A stretch of 58,530 bases of DNA, the filler included, from Malassezia furfur (Eukaryota): the NCBI GenBank assembly GCA_052055015.1. It is 2 parts of 2 records of this genome, joined end to end, with 100 filler letters (N's around TTAATTAATTAA, not from the genome) between each part and the next. Parts side by side here need not be neighbours in the genome. Positions count along the whole stretch, not along the records: positions 1 to 29,230 come from JBQJIT010000106.1; 1 more part is not named here. One strand, 5' to 3'. The position numbers and the translations under genes are program-made. The notes beneath the pieces are model-generated. The model saw only the letters and a program-made list of their open reading frames with translations. It did no database searches and was not told the origin of the DNA. This document shows positions 10,496 to 21,969 of the stretch, piece after piece. The first letter of the stretch is position 1, and every line of letters starts with the position of its first letter.

Positions 10496-11920
10496 ATGTG
10501 GCCCACGCCGGACGATCTGTGCCCAACACAGACGTCTATCGACCAGAAACATACCGAAGAATCGATTTATGAGCTCGTTGCGCCGTTTGAAAAGGGCGCC
10601 AGCCCCCTTCCGGCCCTGCGACGCAGAGAGCACGCGGCGTTCCTCTCGCGGATTCTCGAGCCGCTGCCGGCGCGTTACGTGTCATTCGACTCGAACAGGG
10701 CCTGGCTTCTCTACTGGATTGCGCACTCGCTTGATTTGATGGGCCTGCCGCTCACCGGTGCCAAGCAAGCACGAGCCATTTCAACGCTTCTGCACTTCCA
10801 GGATACGGAGCGCGGCGGGTTTGGCGGCGGCCCTGGTCAGATGGGCCACCTGATGAGCACGTATGCGGCTGTGTGTGCGTTAGCGATCGTCGGCGGGCCC
10901 GGAGGCATGCCAACGGCCCACGATATCGAGCAAGGGCAGAGCGTCGAGGTGGGGCGCGGCGGATGGGACTGCATCGAGAAGCACAAAATGTATGCATGGA
11001 TGCTGCGTCTGAAGCAACCTGATGGCTCCTTCTTGGTGCACGAACAGGGCGAGATTGACGTGCGCGCCACGTACTGCGTCTTGGTCGTCGCGAGTCTGCT
11101 GGGCCTGGTGACCGACGAGCTACTGGACGGCGTCGGCGACTACCTCGCCAGCTGCCAAACGTACGAGGGCGGCTTTGCAGCGATGAGCTGCGCGGAGTAC
11201 ATGGTGAATGACGGCGTCGTACACCCCCTCGGTGTGGTGCGTGATCAGCCAGCGCAGGGCGAGGCGCATGGTGGGTACGCGTTCTGTGCGCTTGCCTCGC
11301 ACGCGCACCTTGTGCAGCTTGGGCGCGCCGGCCGCGTGGATGTGCAGGCACTGCTCCGGTGGTCGACCTCGCTGCAGGGTACCGCATACGAGGGGGGCGG
11401 GTTTCGTGGGCGAACAAACAAGCTCGTGGATGGCTGCTACGGATGGTTCTGTGGCGGGGGCCTAATGACCTGCCTCGAGGGGCTTTTGCTCCCACCCACC
11501 GCTGAGGCGTCCGCGGACGACGACGACGGGGATGGATCGTGGGATTCAGTGAGTGACCACGACGAGGACCTGTACGACCGCCATGCGCTGCAGACCTACA
11601 TCCTCGCCGTCGCGCAGCTCGACACGGGGGGTCTGTGCGACAAGCCTGGGAAGCGTCCGGACGCGTACCATACCTGCTACAACCTGTCTGGTCTGTCCAT
11701 GACGCAGCACCGCGTGCGTCCCAGTACTGCGGCGGCCGCGCGGGCGGCCCAAGCGTGCGGGCGCACCGGGGCGCTGCAGCGATCGGTGTATGCCCAGAGC
11801 CTGGCGTGGGTGCCGAGCGACGGTGGGTCCGCGCCGGGCGATGCGGTGGGCGTGACGCACCCCGTGTTCAATGTAGCCGTACGGCACGTCGAGCGCCTCA
11901 TGTCTCATTGCTATACATAG
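10496..11920 (+). CDS. RAM1: Protein farnesyltransferase beta subunit
   Basis: WLLYWIAHSLDLM, GGFGGGPGQMGHL, GEIDVRATYC, GEAHGGYAFC, GRTNKLVDGCY and DKPGKRPDAYHTCYNLSGLS motifs. Confidence 0.95.
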   Translation: MWPTPDDLCPTQTSIDQKHTEESIYELVAPFEKGASPLPALRRREHAAFLSRILEPLPARYVSFDSNRAWLLYWIAHSLDLMGLPLTGAKQARAISTLLHFQDTERGGFGGGPGQMGHLMSTYAAVCALAIVGGPGGMPTAHDIEQGQSVEVGRGGWDCIEKHKMYAWMLRLKQPDGSFLVHEQGEIDVRATYCVLVVASLLGLVTDELLDGVGDYLASCQTYEGGFAAMSCAEYMVNDGVVHPLGVVRDQPAQGEAHGGYAFCALASHAHLVQLGRAGRVDVQALLRWSTSLQGTAYEGGGFRGRTNKLVDGCYGWFCGGGLMTCLEGLLLPPTAEASADDDDGDGSWDSVSDHDEDLYDRHALQTYILAVAQLDTGGLCDKPGKRPDAYHTCYNLSGLSMTQHRVRPSTAAAARAAQACGRTGALQRSVYAQSLAWVPSDGGSAPGDAVGVTHPVFNVAVRHVERLMSHCYT

Positions 11921-11923
11921 CCA

Positions 11924-13363
11924 CTACAGCTCGAAGCGGGCAAGCACTTCCTCGGCGATCTCTGCCTCGGTCTTCTTCTTATTCCGCGCTTCTTGGCGCA
12001 GGTTGATGGTCTGGATCATGCCCATGAGCAGGTCGTGGTGCTTCCGCATACTCTCCTCCATGTCCTTGGTGAGCGGGTAGCCCTCGTCGTCGGCGCCTGC
12101 CGCGAGCTGGTCCTCGATGGCGCGGATATCGTTGTTGATGCCGTCCAAGAGGAATTTCTCCGCCTCTTGCGTGGCATGCATCGCCTTGGCCGGGTTCTCC
12201 GAAATGATCTTTTCGGCCTTCTCCTTGGCCTCGATCGTGAGCGCAGCGAGCGAAGAGCCCCACTTGTCGCCAATGAGGTCCTGCATCTTGTCCATGAGCA
12301 TCTCGCCCGTCATCGGGTCGCGCTCCACCTCCGCCGCGTTGCCCTTTTGCTTGAGCTTGGCACTCGCGCGGCGCATCGCCTCGACCTGCCGGCGGCGCGC
12401 CTCCTTCTCTTTGGCGGCCTTGCGCTGCTCCTCGGCCTGCGCCTCGGCATCTTCACCGCTCTGCAGCTGCTCGCTGAGGCGCATCGCAGCGTGTGCCTCT
12501 TCGTCGCTGAGCCCAGCCTCTTTGAACGCGGCAAACTCCTCCTCGGGCGAGTGCTTGGCACGCTGGGGCTCCTCCTTAGGCACGGGCTCCTCGGGCTCCT
12601 CGGGCGCCACTTTGCCGTCAATGGCCTCGTCGAGCCAGCGGCGGATGTGCTTGTACTTCATCGCACCGCGGTACTTGTGCAGCTTCGGCGTGCCCGGCGG
12701 CCCCGTCACAATGTACAGGGCTGGCACGCGGTGGATGTCGAGCGTGACGCCGAGCGCCTCCTTCACCGCGCCGAATACCTCGTCCTTCAGCGCATAGAGG
12801 TACCCGAAAGGCACGCGCCCGCGGAAGTCTAGGGCGAGCGAGCGGTACATGGGCGAGGATTTGGACTTGGGCGAGACGAGGAGCACCTTGGGGCTATCTG
12901 GGTCCTTTTTAAGGAAACCCGGGAGCTTCTTCACGTCGAGACGGCGCACAGACTCGGCGGGAAGCGCGCTCACGACGTACTCCGTGATGGCGTTCGCGCT
13001 GCGTTCGCCGTTGTAGTCGCGGGGCAGGCGCTTCTTGGTGGAGGGGAAGAGCTTCAACGAGGGGAAGCCGCGCACGTTGTACTTCGCGCACAGCGGCTCG
13101 CTCGCACGGTCGTCGCAGTCCACGTAGGCAATCTTGACCACACCATCGAGCTCGGCGGCGACGCGCTGGTACTGCGGTGCGAGGTTTTTGCAGTGCCCGC
13201 ACCACGGCGCCGTGAAGGCGACCATTGCGGGCTTCTCGATCTGCAGAATCTCTTTGTCAAAATTGGCCGGGGTCAGCTTGAGCACGGGGCTCTGCGGTGC
13301 GAAGAGCGCAGCCTGCGCAAGTGCCGCACTCGCACAGGCGACAAGCACAGCCAGACGCAGCAT
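11924..13363 (-). CDS. ER protein disulfide isomerase family protein (Mpd1/PrpA-like) with a long charged helical C-terminal tail
   Basis: Signal peptide MLRLAVLVACASAALA, one active WCGHC thioredoxin domain, a second Trx-like domain, and C-terminal RFEL (xxEL retrieval-like). Confidence 0.9.
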   Translation of the reverse strand: MLRLAVLVACASAALAQAALFAPQSPVLKLTPANFDKEILQIEKPAMVAFTAPWCGHCKNLAPQYQRVAAELDGVVKIAYVDCDDRASEPLCAKYNVRGFPSLKLFPSTKKRLPRDYNGERSANAITEYVVSALPAESVRRLDVKKLPGFLKKDPDSPKVLLVSPKSKSSPMYRSLALDFRGRVPFGYLYALKDEVFGAVKEALGVTLDIHRVPALYIVTGPPGTPKLHKYRGAMKYKHIRRWLDEAIDGKVAPEEPEEPVPKEEPQRAKHSPEEEFAAFKEAGLSDEEAHAAMRLSEQLQSGEDAEAQAEEQRKAAKEKEARRRQVEAMRRASAKLKQKGNAAEVERDPMTGEMLMDKMQDLIGDKWGSSLAALTIEAKEKAEKIISENPAKAMHATQEAEKFLLDGINNDIRAIEDQLAAGADDEGYPLTKDMEESMRKHHDLLMGMIQTINLRQEARNKKKTEAEIAEEVLARFEL

Positions 13364-13396
13364 GCTGGGGTTGGGAAGGTCGGTGGAGGTGTCAAC

Positions 13397-13417
13397 GCCG
13401 CCGCCGCCGCCGCCGCC
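13397..13417 (+). repeat. (GCC)7 microsatellite in the 86-nt divergent promoter
   Basis: gccgccgccgccgccgccgcc read directly. Confidence 0.9.
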
Positions 13418-13449
13418 AACGTGGAAGTCACGTGTACCGTTCTGCCACG

Positions 13450-15450
13450 ATGCTCGTTCGTGCGCCGCGCACCCTGCGGGGGCGGGCGGGCGTGCTGCGA
13501 GCGCTGCACGCGCGTGCCGCGTACGTCGCACGCGAGAGCGTGCGTACCGCATACGGCGTACGTGAGCCGGTCGACACGGGCTCCAACAAGCAGCTTGATC
13601 CGCGCGGGATCGACTACGCGCTGTTCGAGCTGCCCAGCGAGGAGTATCACACACCCGCGTCGACGATGCACGTCGGCGTATCTTCGTCGGACGGCACACT
13701 CGCACCGCCGGCGGCGCTCCTGCAGCGCCTGCTGCGCAGCCGTGAGTTTGGCGACGCCATGCGCGCGCTTGCCCAGCTCGAGTCGCTCGACACCCCGCTC
13801 GGCACGCCGATCGTCGAGTACGCGCATGCCGCGCGGCACTGTGCCGCGCACAACGACACCGACGCTGCGCTGCGCTGGCTTGTGCTCGTGCCGCATGCCG
13901 CGGAGCTCGGCAGTGGTTTTGCCCACGACGGGCGCTGGCACGTCGACCAGGCGATGCACTGGCTTACCAGCAGCGACGCTGCAGTGGTGCAGCGCGCATG
14001 CATTCTCGCAGCATCCAAGGGCTACATCTCGGCGCTCACCACCGGTGTCACGCATCTGTACCGCACAGGCGCGTGGCGCGACGAGGGCGCCGCGGCGCTC
14101 TGGACGCGCATCGTCGCCTGCGCGCCGTATGTCCCCGTCGACGCCCGCGCCGCCGACCGGCAACTTGCGCGCCTGTACAACCGCGCTGTGCGCGCCATGG
14201 TCCACGGTGGTGCGGTGCGAGAGGCTCGCGCATGGGCGCACACACACACCTCGACGTCCGCCGCACCCTATGCGCTGGACGCCGCGACCGAGGCGTTGTT
14301 GAACGGCACTCATGCGGCGCCATCGGCGGCGCGTGCGCCGCGTCACTACCGCGCTGCGATGCCACCCGCGCCGATGCAGCATGCCGTCGACACGCGCGTG
14401 CTGGAAGCGCTGCGCGCGGGCGATCTGGCACATGCGCGGTTTGTGCTGCTGCACGCATTCGCTGCGCCGAGCGTCGATGTGCTGGCCACCTTTCTTGCGC
14501 ACGCCGGGCGTCACACAGCGATCGAAGTACCGCGCGATGCGCGCCGCGGGCGCGCAGGCGGCGCGGTGGCCACGGGCCGTTTCCTGCGGCCCGTGCGCAC
14601 GGCGATCGAGCGCCACGACCGCACGCTGTACGACACGGCGCTCGTGCGTGCGCGGCACAAGGAGCGCGACTGGCACGGCACGCTGCGCGTGTTCCAGCGG
14701 CGCTTCCAGCCGGTGCCCGGCTTGGACGCGGCGCTGCTGCACGCCGCCGAGCAGATACCCCCCGCGGCGTCCCTCGCTTCTTCACACGCCGCCGCTTCGC
14801 ACGCCAATAGCGACGCGCGGCGCGCCGACGCCCGTGGGCGGCGGGTGCGGCACCTGGCATCGCCGTACGTCGTGGCGTGCGTTTTGCGCGCGCTCGTGGG
14901 ACTCTGTGCGGGCGATGCGGCGCTGCTGCAGCGTCTGTACGCGCACTGCATCCGGCGACTGCCCCCGCGACATCTCACTGTGCGCGTATTCGAGGCACTG
15001 ATCCCTGCATGGAGCGCTGCAGCGCCGCACCAGTTTGTACAGGCGCCCGGCGGTGCGCTTTGGACGATGCTGCGCGACCTGCAGCGCGCGCACATTGAAA
15101 TGCGTGCGCTTACTTGGACGCTGCTGCTACAGGCGCTTGTGCGCGACGGCACGCATGAGAGTTGGGCGCTGGTCTGTGCCTTGCTCGAGCACATGAGCGC
15201 GGGTGCAGCGCAGCATGGCGTGCGCGAGGCGACAGCGGTGGTGCACGGCGTGCCGGTACCGCGCGCGACGCCGGCCATGTTTGCCGGCGTGCTGCAGACA
15301 CTGCACATTGCACCCGGTGTGCGTGCGGAGCGCGCCCGGCAGGTGCGCAATGTACTGCACGCCTCGCCGGATGCCGAGCTCGTGGCGGCCGCCGAGGCGC
15401 ATGCGCCACTGCAAGCGCAATTATCCATACTGGCATCTACAGAACGCTAG
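13450..15450 (+). CDS. Probable mitochondrial degenerate PPR-like helical-repeat protein
   Basis: Arg-rich, acid-poor N-terminus (MLVRAPRTLRGRAGVLRALHAR). PPR-like segments RLYNRAVRAMVHGG, TVRVFEALIPAW and ALTWTLLLQALVRDG...ALLEHM. Confidence 0.6.
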   Translation: MLVRAPRTLRGRAGVLRALHARAAYVARESVRTAYGVREPVDTGSNKQLDPRGIDYALFELPSEEYHTPASTMHVGVSSSDGTLAPPAALLQRLLRSREFGDAMRALAQLESLDTPLGTPIVEYAHAARHCAAHNDTDAALRWLVLVPHAAELGSGFAHDGRWHVDQAMHWLTSSDAAVVQRACILAASKGYISALTTGVTHLYRTGAWRDEGAAALWTRIVACAPYVPVDARAADRQLARLYNRAVRAMVHGGAVREARAWAHTHTSTSAAPYALDAATEALLNGTHAAPSAARAPRHYRAAMPPAPMQHAVDTRVLEALRAGDLAHARFVLLHAFAAPSVDVLATFLAHAGRHTAIEVPRDARRGRAGGAVATGRFLRPVRTAIERHDRTLYDTALVRARHKERDWHGTLRVFQRRFQPVPGLDAALLHAAEQIPPAASLASSHAAASHANSDARRADARGRRVRHLASPYVVACVLRALVGLCAGDAALLQRLYAHCIRRLPPRHLTVRVFEALIPAWSAAAPHQFVQAPGGALWTMLRDLQRAHIEMRALTWTLLLQALVRDGTHESWALVCALLEHMSAGAAQHGVREATAVVHGVPVPRATPAMFAGVLQTLHIAPGVRAERARQVRNVLHASPDAELVAAAEAHAPLQAQLSILASTER

Positions 15451-17713
15451 GGGTTGCGGAGGAGAAGGAAGAAGTCGTTGTCGTGGCCGGGTCGTGCACA
15501 AAGTCGACGCGCTTGATCGGGTGCAGCATCGATGGCGCGCGGCACACGTCCTCGCTGCCCTTCCAACCCATGTACAGCTCCTTGGAGTGCTGCGAGTGGT
15601 AGTAGAACGACGAGTCCTTGTGGAGGTTCTCGTTCTTCTTCATGTAAAAGTTTTGCCGGTTCAGCAGGCGCTCCAGCTCGCGCGGATCCCACTCGTGCCG
15701 GAAGTAGATGGGGTGTGGCGCAAACACGCCCTTAAACGGCAGCGGCAGGCTGTACGTGAAGCCTGCGGTGGGGTAGAACGAGTGGTCCTCGGAGCGCTCC
15801 ATCTGCGAGTGGAGCACCAGCGTGGTGGGCCACGCCTCGCAATGCAGCGACTTTTTCGCCTCGGCGTTGACCACGTTCATCGCCTCCAGCAGGCCGCGCG
15901 AGAGGCGCATGTTGGTCCCGATCGACGCGCGTCGGTCCGTGTCGCGCCCACGCGGGTAGTTTTGCACATCGTGTGTCCAGTACCACCCCGAGCCGCGCGG
16001 GTCAAAGATGGGGCCGAGCGTGATCATATCGGCCTCCTCGCCCATGCCGCTCGTCTCCAACGGCGGGCTGCGCCAGTTGCTCTCGGACTTGGACACGTTA
16101 CGCACATACCACGTGTCGTACTTGTTCATACCGGGCACGAGCGGCTCACGGCGCGCATACTCCTCGATTCCTTCGAAAAAGTCGAGGTAGTTGCCAATGT
16201 AGCGCACATCCATCTCCCAGTTGTACACGTAGTCGTACTCCTGGTGGTCCAGCCAGAACTTTTGCAGCGCCATCAGGCACGAGCGGTACGATGTCTGGGC
16301 AATCATGTTGTTGATGAAGCGCCCAGGCAGGCCCGCATACAGCACCTCGAGCTCCTTTTCCGTCCAGAAGTCGACCAGGCCCCAAAACTCGCGCGGCACC
16401 GAGGAGACCAACACGCGGTAGCGGTCCCACTCGGAGGTGAACACGCTCAAGTCACGGTTCTTCACCTCGACCAGGATACGGATGTCGTACGGCGTGTTGG
16501 GGTTGTTGAGCGACAGCTCGCTGATGAGCGCACGCAGGTTGAGGATGTCGTCCTCGCGCCACGGATAGCCCTCGTAGCTACGCAGCACTAGCGCCGTGCG
16601 CTTCGTCTTGGGGTCTGTGCCGCGCAGCTTGATCGCCTCGCTGTCCCACGCTGCCTGCGCACTGCTGAACGTGTGCGCCTTGGTCTCGCTCGGGGCACCG
16701 GCGGCCGCACTGCTGTTCACGCCGCGCTCCGCGAGGCGCTGCGCGTAGCAGTTGTCCATCAGCTGCCGCCAGTCGGGCACATACACCTCGTCGGCATCGC
16801 GCGTATTGTACCGCGCGAGGTCCGCACGCAGCCGGTCCTCCCACACGTTGGTGGGCACGTTGAAGTCGCGCTTCATCCCGTGCAGCGGGTCGTATCCGAG
16901 ACGCTCCCGCGTCTCTTGCACCGACGCCGTACGCGCCTTTTTGTGGCCGACGGGCAGTGGGTTGTCAGGGTCCTCGTCATAGATCAGCTGGTCATTCGCC
17001 TGCGGCAGCAGCTCGTCGGGCAGCCGGTAGGTGATGTTGAGCGCCTCGTCCGTGTACATGCCGTAGCGCTCACGGTACGTGATGCACTGCTCGTCGTCCA
17101 AGCCCACAAGCTTGTGGTCGCCCACGATCGCCTTGGGATGTGTGTCGGGCGTGGGGTGCGCGCCCGTGGGCGATAGCGGCACCACCTTGCCATGCGGACC
17201 CGGGCACTGGTGCATCTTGGGGGGGATAATGGGGTGCGACGGACGCACCGAGATCGGCACGCCCTGCGTGTCGAGCGGAACACGCGCATTGGGGTCCACA
17301 CTGTTGCGTTAGCATATCACATACCGGTAGTAGGCCATCTCGCGCCATTCCGGGCGGCTCATGTTGAAGATGAGCAGGGCTGCCGACAAACCCAGCGTCA
17401 CCACAAACGCAATGGCCTTCCATTTCAGCAGCAGCCAGTGCACGACATAGAGGAGCAGTACAGGGATCATGCCTAGCGTGCCCAGCCGGTCGTGCATCGC
17501 TGTGCTGCGCGGTGCGCCGGGCTGCAGGAAGGGCTGCGACGGCCCTTCGTTGGCAAAATCAGGCTCCTCATTGTCGGACACCGACACTGACTCATACGGC
17601 CGGAAATGGAAACGCTGAGAAAGTGCCGAGCCGCCAATGCCCTTGTCGACCGGCAAAGACACAGGCGTATCCTGCGAGTCGTCTTTCATCCCAGAGGGAC
17701 TTCCGCCGCTCAT
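15437..17713 (-). CDS. DUF3405-family type II membrane protein; intron 17301-17324
   Basis: N-terminal hydrophobic segments are joined by a 24-nt intron to a luminal domain with RTALVLRSY, LRALISEL, YDYVYNWEMDVRYIG, EEADMITLGPIFDP and LHPIK. Confidence 0.8.
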
Positions 17714-17857
17714 CGACGTTGCGCGCTCGTCGCGGCGCGCTGGACCTCGGCCGACACTAAGTTTTGTGCGCGGTGGAGGCAGCTGGCCCTGCCGTGCCGC
17801 CGCCCGCCGTACGCGCGCCGCCCGCCGCGTCACGATGCACGTCGTGGTCCTATTTCA

Positions 17858-19479
17858 CTAGTAAAAGTCCTGGTGGGAGCGTGGAGCGTGCCCACGCACT
17901 GCACGCAGATGCTCAGCAGCCAATGTCGCGTCCAAATCAATGTCGTGCGCCGGGTTCAAATCACGCGCCGTGCGCCGCGAACGCGTCGACGATTGGGCGT
18001 AGGGCAGCTCGCTCGACGATGTCGTCTCCTCCGTAGCATCGTACAAGCTCCGTGAGTATCCATGCGAGACAGGTGCTGCATCTGGCACGTCCTGACTCCA
18101 CTCTGAGTTGGGCGTGCGGTGCGAGCTGGCCGCGCGTCGGCGCCGGCGCCGGCGCCGGTGTGAGGGCGTGTCGAGCTGGTACACGGGCACCTCATCGTCG
18201 TAGTCATGCTTTTCGCTCGTAAGCTCCGAACTGCTCGGGAAGCTGTTAGGGCCCTCGGAAGGAGCGCGATGCGCCAGCGCTTCGGTCTCCTCGGGTGCCG
18301 TCCACTGCGTGCCGACGCCAGCAGTGCGATATGGATCCGCACCATAATCGGTCACAGGGTCAATCTCAGCGTCGACCCAGTTGTTTTCGCGCGACTCGCG
18401 CTTTTTCCGCGAGCGCCGCTTGGGCACTGCGCTCGCTTCGTCGGCCACATGCGGTTGCATCGCATCGATGGGCTGGCCGGGCACGTAGCTCGCATTGATG
18501 TCGGGTTGCGCAACTGGCGCTGGCATTTGAATCTGTGCAGCGGCCTCGCTGACCGGATCGCGGTAGGCATAGCCGTTGCCAGCATAGTAGCCCTCGTAGG
18601 TCGCCGGGTGCATGGGCTGCGCATAAGGGTCGTATGAAGGCGCAAATGAGAGGTTTGAGTGGTTCGGCGGCATGTTGTATTCCGACATGGTCGGAGGCGT
18701 GTAGGGCTGCTGCATGATCTCCCGTTCCTGCTTCTCGTGCTCGGTCGAGGCCCACCGCGCTATCAGCCACGCGATGAGGGCAAACAAGGCCAGACCGGCA
18801 GCACCGCCAACCGCGATGCCGACCACCGCCCCGACACTCAAGTGGCTGCCACCCACACCTGTGCCTGACGACGACGCATTGTTGCCCGCGATCGTCGGCA
18901 CGGCACTAGAGCTGCTGCTGCTCACACCATACACCGGAGCCAAGGACTGCACGGTGCTTGCGCCACCAAAGTCGTTTGCGGACGACAGGCTGGGGTATGA
19001 ACTGGTCGACGAGTCGTCGCCGTTATCGTCCTCATTGCTGCTGCCGCGCTGGCTACTGCTGCGATGCCGCGATGAGGAGCTGCGCGCTCCACCCCCTCTT
19101 TGGGAGCTTGTCGAGGTCGGGCTCGCCCTATTCCGCGAGGAGCTGGTCCGAGCCGCGCGATTGGACGAAGAAGACGAGCGACTGCGGCTCCCGTCACGGC
19201 TCGTGTCGCTTCCGGCGTCCACGCTGCTATCCGAGCCACGCTGGCCACGGCCAGACCCACGCGAGGAGGTCTGACTGGCACGACCCGAGGTGGCCGTATC
19301 CGACTCAATGGTAAAGGCACTGAGCGGATTGTATTCTGGATGAGTACGTGATCGTGCAACGAACCTCCAAAGAACGTGCGCGCGCCCGCAGCACGCGCGT
19401 CGAGAGCTGCATGGTTGTGCGGAGCCCGCCAGCGTCTCCTTATCGCACGGTGCGGCCCATGGAGACTCTCTTGTGTCAT
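17858..19479 (-). CDS. Ser-rich single-pass membrane protein (Mid2/mucin-sensor-like); 5' end uncertain, possible intron 19336-19364
   Basis: Ser/Arg-rich ectodomain, TM segment LSVGAVVGIAVGGAAGLALFALIAWLI, and a Pro/Tyr-rich cytoplasmic tail. No clear signal peptide was found. Confidence 0.65.
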
Positions 19480-20078
19480 GCTAGCGTCACGATGGTGGGC
19501 GTGGACCAAAGGTGCGGATGCCTTCCTTGAAGCGTCGTTTGAGTGGGGTTGTGCGCACAATTTCGCTAGGACCTGAGCCTTGGCTGACGCGCCTTAAAGT
19601 ACTCTGCATCCGCGATCATGCGCGTCTATGCACGTAACGTGTGGAGGCTTACTAGGTCGCTGTCACCTGCCCGCGGGGGCTTGTCAAAAAGTGCCAAAAC
19701 GGTGCGCAAACAAAAGCAGGAGGTGAAGGCGTGCATGAAAATCCTACGCGCGGCGTTCAGGGGTAACGCGGCGCCGGATGAATAGGGAAAGCGGAGCATG
19801 TCGTGAGCGTCATACGATCGACCTTGCACCTGATGTCTAACCCGCGCACGGCATGGATCCGCCATCAACCATACGGGGGCGCGCGACGCTCGTCTGCGGT
19901 CATTTGCAGCCCACCCACATAGCAATGGAACGGTAACTATGCGACATTAAATAGAGCTTGCATCTTGGCGAACGAGTTGATGTGACATGCGCGAGCGAGC
20001 GCCGGACGACCACTCTAAGTGGCTTCACTGACAGCCACATGTTTAAGAAAGCACATTTGACATAACTTGTGATTTTGT

Positions 20079-20196
20079 TCTCCTGTCGTCTAGTTGGTTT
20101 ATGACACGGTGCTTATAGAGGTTATAGCCCCTGTGACGGCCCGCTTCGCTGCGGATAGAAACGCCGTTGTCCCGGGTTCGAGTCCCGGCGGGAGAA
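20079..20196 (+). tRNA. tRNA-Ile(UAU) with a 43-nt intron (20118-20160)
   Basis: Acceptor stem TCTCCTG/CGGGAGA and D-arm GTC-TAGTTGGTTTAT-GAC. Anticodon stem CGGTG/CGCCG with loop CT-TAT-A^A, intron at the canonical 37/38 position. T-arm CCGGG-TTCGAGT-CCCGG and discriminator A. Confidence 0.9.
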
Positions 20197-20202
20197 TTTT
20201 TT
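20197..20202 (+). terminator. RNA polymerase III oligo-T terminator
   Basis: TTTTTT immediately after the tRNA 3' end. Confidence 0.8.
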
Positions 20203-20290
20203 GGGCGTGTGCGGGGTTATGCGGGGCAAAACACCGCGTGCCCCCGCGCTTAGGTGAGCCAATTCTCCCGCCGCACTGTTCACGTCGTCG

Positions 20291-21711
20291 ATGGAGGTGC
20301 TGCGTGCGCTGGGAAGGTCGCCGGGCCGTACGCTCGGGTATGCGCTGGGCGCGTGGGCGGGCGCATGGGGCGTTTTTTACTTATTCCAAGAGACGCACCG
20401 ACACCTTGAGCTGCGCGCGCGGCAACGCAAGCATCCGCTGCAGTCGCGCGACGAACAGAACGATGCGGCATGGTTTGGCTGTGCGAGCGAAAAAGAGCGC
20501 ACCCACATCATGTCGCGTTTTGCACCTCTCCGCTTTTGCGGTCGATACCTCAATGTGACACCGGAATGGCGCGAGCAGGGCATGTGGGAGTGGATGTGGT
20601 GGAAGGTGGTACACACCGCGTTGTATCACGGCCGGTTTGGCTGGGACGGCGGCTTTGCACAGGACGAGCAGACTGAGGAAGGTCGCAAAAAAATTGAGTC
20701 GCTGCTGCCGGTACAGCCGCTGGACTCAGCACGACTGTGGGGCTCGGGAACGGAGCCTGCGGCGCCCGCTTCGGGAATTACCTATACGTGGTATGTGTGT
20801 GTGCAGCGACTGATCTTGCGTAGGATTGGGCAAAGCACCTGTTTGGTTCAGATGCACGGCCTGACAATGCTGACGGATCCTGTGTTTGGCAAACAGCCGC
20901 TGGAAAGTATTTTGAGCCCGACGCGGATGCGACCGATGCCGTGTACCATTGACGAAATTCGCAACGTCGATGTGGTGCTGGTGTCGCACAAGTACGTGAA
21001 TCGTCTGACCTAGTCACTTTGACCACCTCGATCTGTCCATTGTCCCGCATATTCCCCACCACACGCGATGGGTTGTGCCGCGGAATGTGGCGCCGCTGCT
21101 GGTCCGCAGCGGGGTGCGTCCGGAGCAGATCACCGAGCTGAGCTGGTGGGAGGAGGCACAGGCGGCATTCCGCGTTAGGGTGCAGGCGGATGGCGGCGTG
21201 CGCTCGGCAGAGCGCACGCTGCGTGTCGCGGCGGTACCCGCGAGCCACTGGAGTGCACGCACGCCGCTCGACACCAACAAGTCGCTGTGGAACTCGTATG
21301 CGGTGCAGGTACAAGCTGCTGACGAGCCCGACGCACGTCTCTTCTTCTGCGGAGATTCGGGCTACAGCCCCTCGCTGTTCCAGGCGGTGGGCCGCTTGTA
21401 CGGTCCATTTGCGCTGGCAGCGATCCCGATCGGGTCGTACGAGCCGCGCTGGCACCTCAGTCTACAGCACATGGACCCACACGGCTCGGTGTGTGTGGCG
21501 CGTGATGTGGGTGCGCGCACAAGCTTTGCGATGCATTGGGGGACGTGGAGTATGAGCGGTACGTATGGTGCGCATGTGCGCCGCTAACGACGCAGACGAG
21601 CGCTGGGACGACCCGCCTAAGGACTTGGCGCAGGCGCTGCAGCTGGAGCGCCTGCCCACGGCCTTTCTACGTACAGTGCCCTTTGGTGCGACCCAGTCTG
21701 TATCGCTGTAG
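20291..21711 (+). CDS. NAPE-specific phospholipase D / Fmp30-like metallo-beta-lactamase; introns 20791-20823, 20992-21013, 21559-21595
   Basis: Spliced product has TWIGQST, LTDPVF, VSHNHFDHLD (HxHxDH), PASHWSART, FFCGDSGY, IPIGSYEPRW, HMDP and MHWGTW. Confidence 0.9.
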
Positions 21712-21969
21712 CCCACGGAACGAGGCGGCCGCCACGCATCCGACGGTCGCTCAGGTGGTGGGCTGCCGCGCACGCGGCGATCAATGATCCCACGTGCGCC
21801 CTTGCTCTGGCGCTCCGCGGCGCGCTGCGTGCGTGGCAAGGCGACACGCAGCGCACGGTGCGCGGCAGGCGCCCAACTGACGGTGCTGTTTGGCAGCACT
21901 GGCACGGCCCGCGGGCCGTGCATGGATGGCCGGCGGCCTGCGGGAGAAAAATCACGGTAGATTGTCTGC

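Noticed and set aside
19560..20078. Long, more AT-rich intergenic stretch as a possible snRNA/snoRNA or origin
   Set aside because: No Sm site, C/D or H/ACA boxes, or snRNA sequence that I could recognise. Likely promoter/5' UTR plus tRNA flank.
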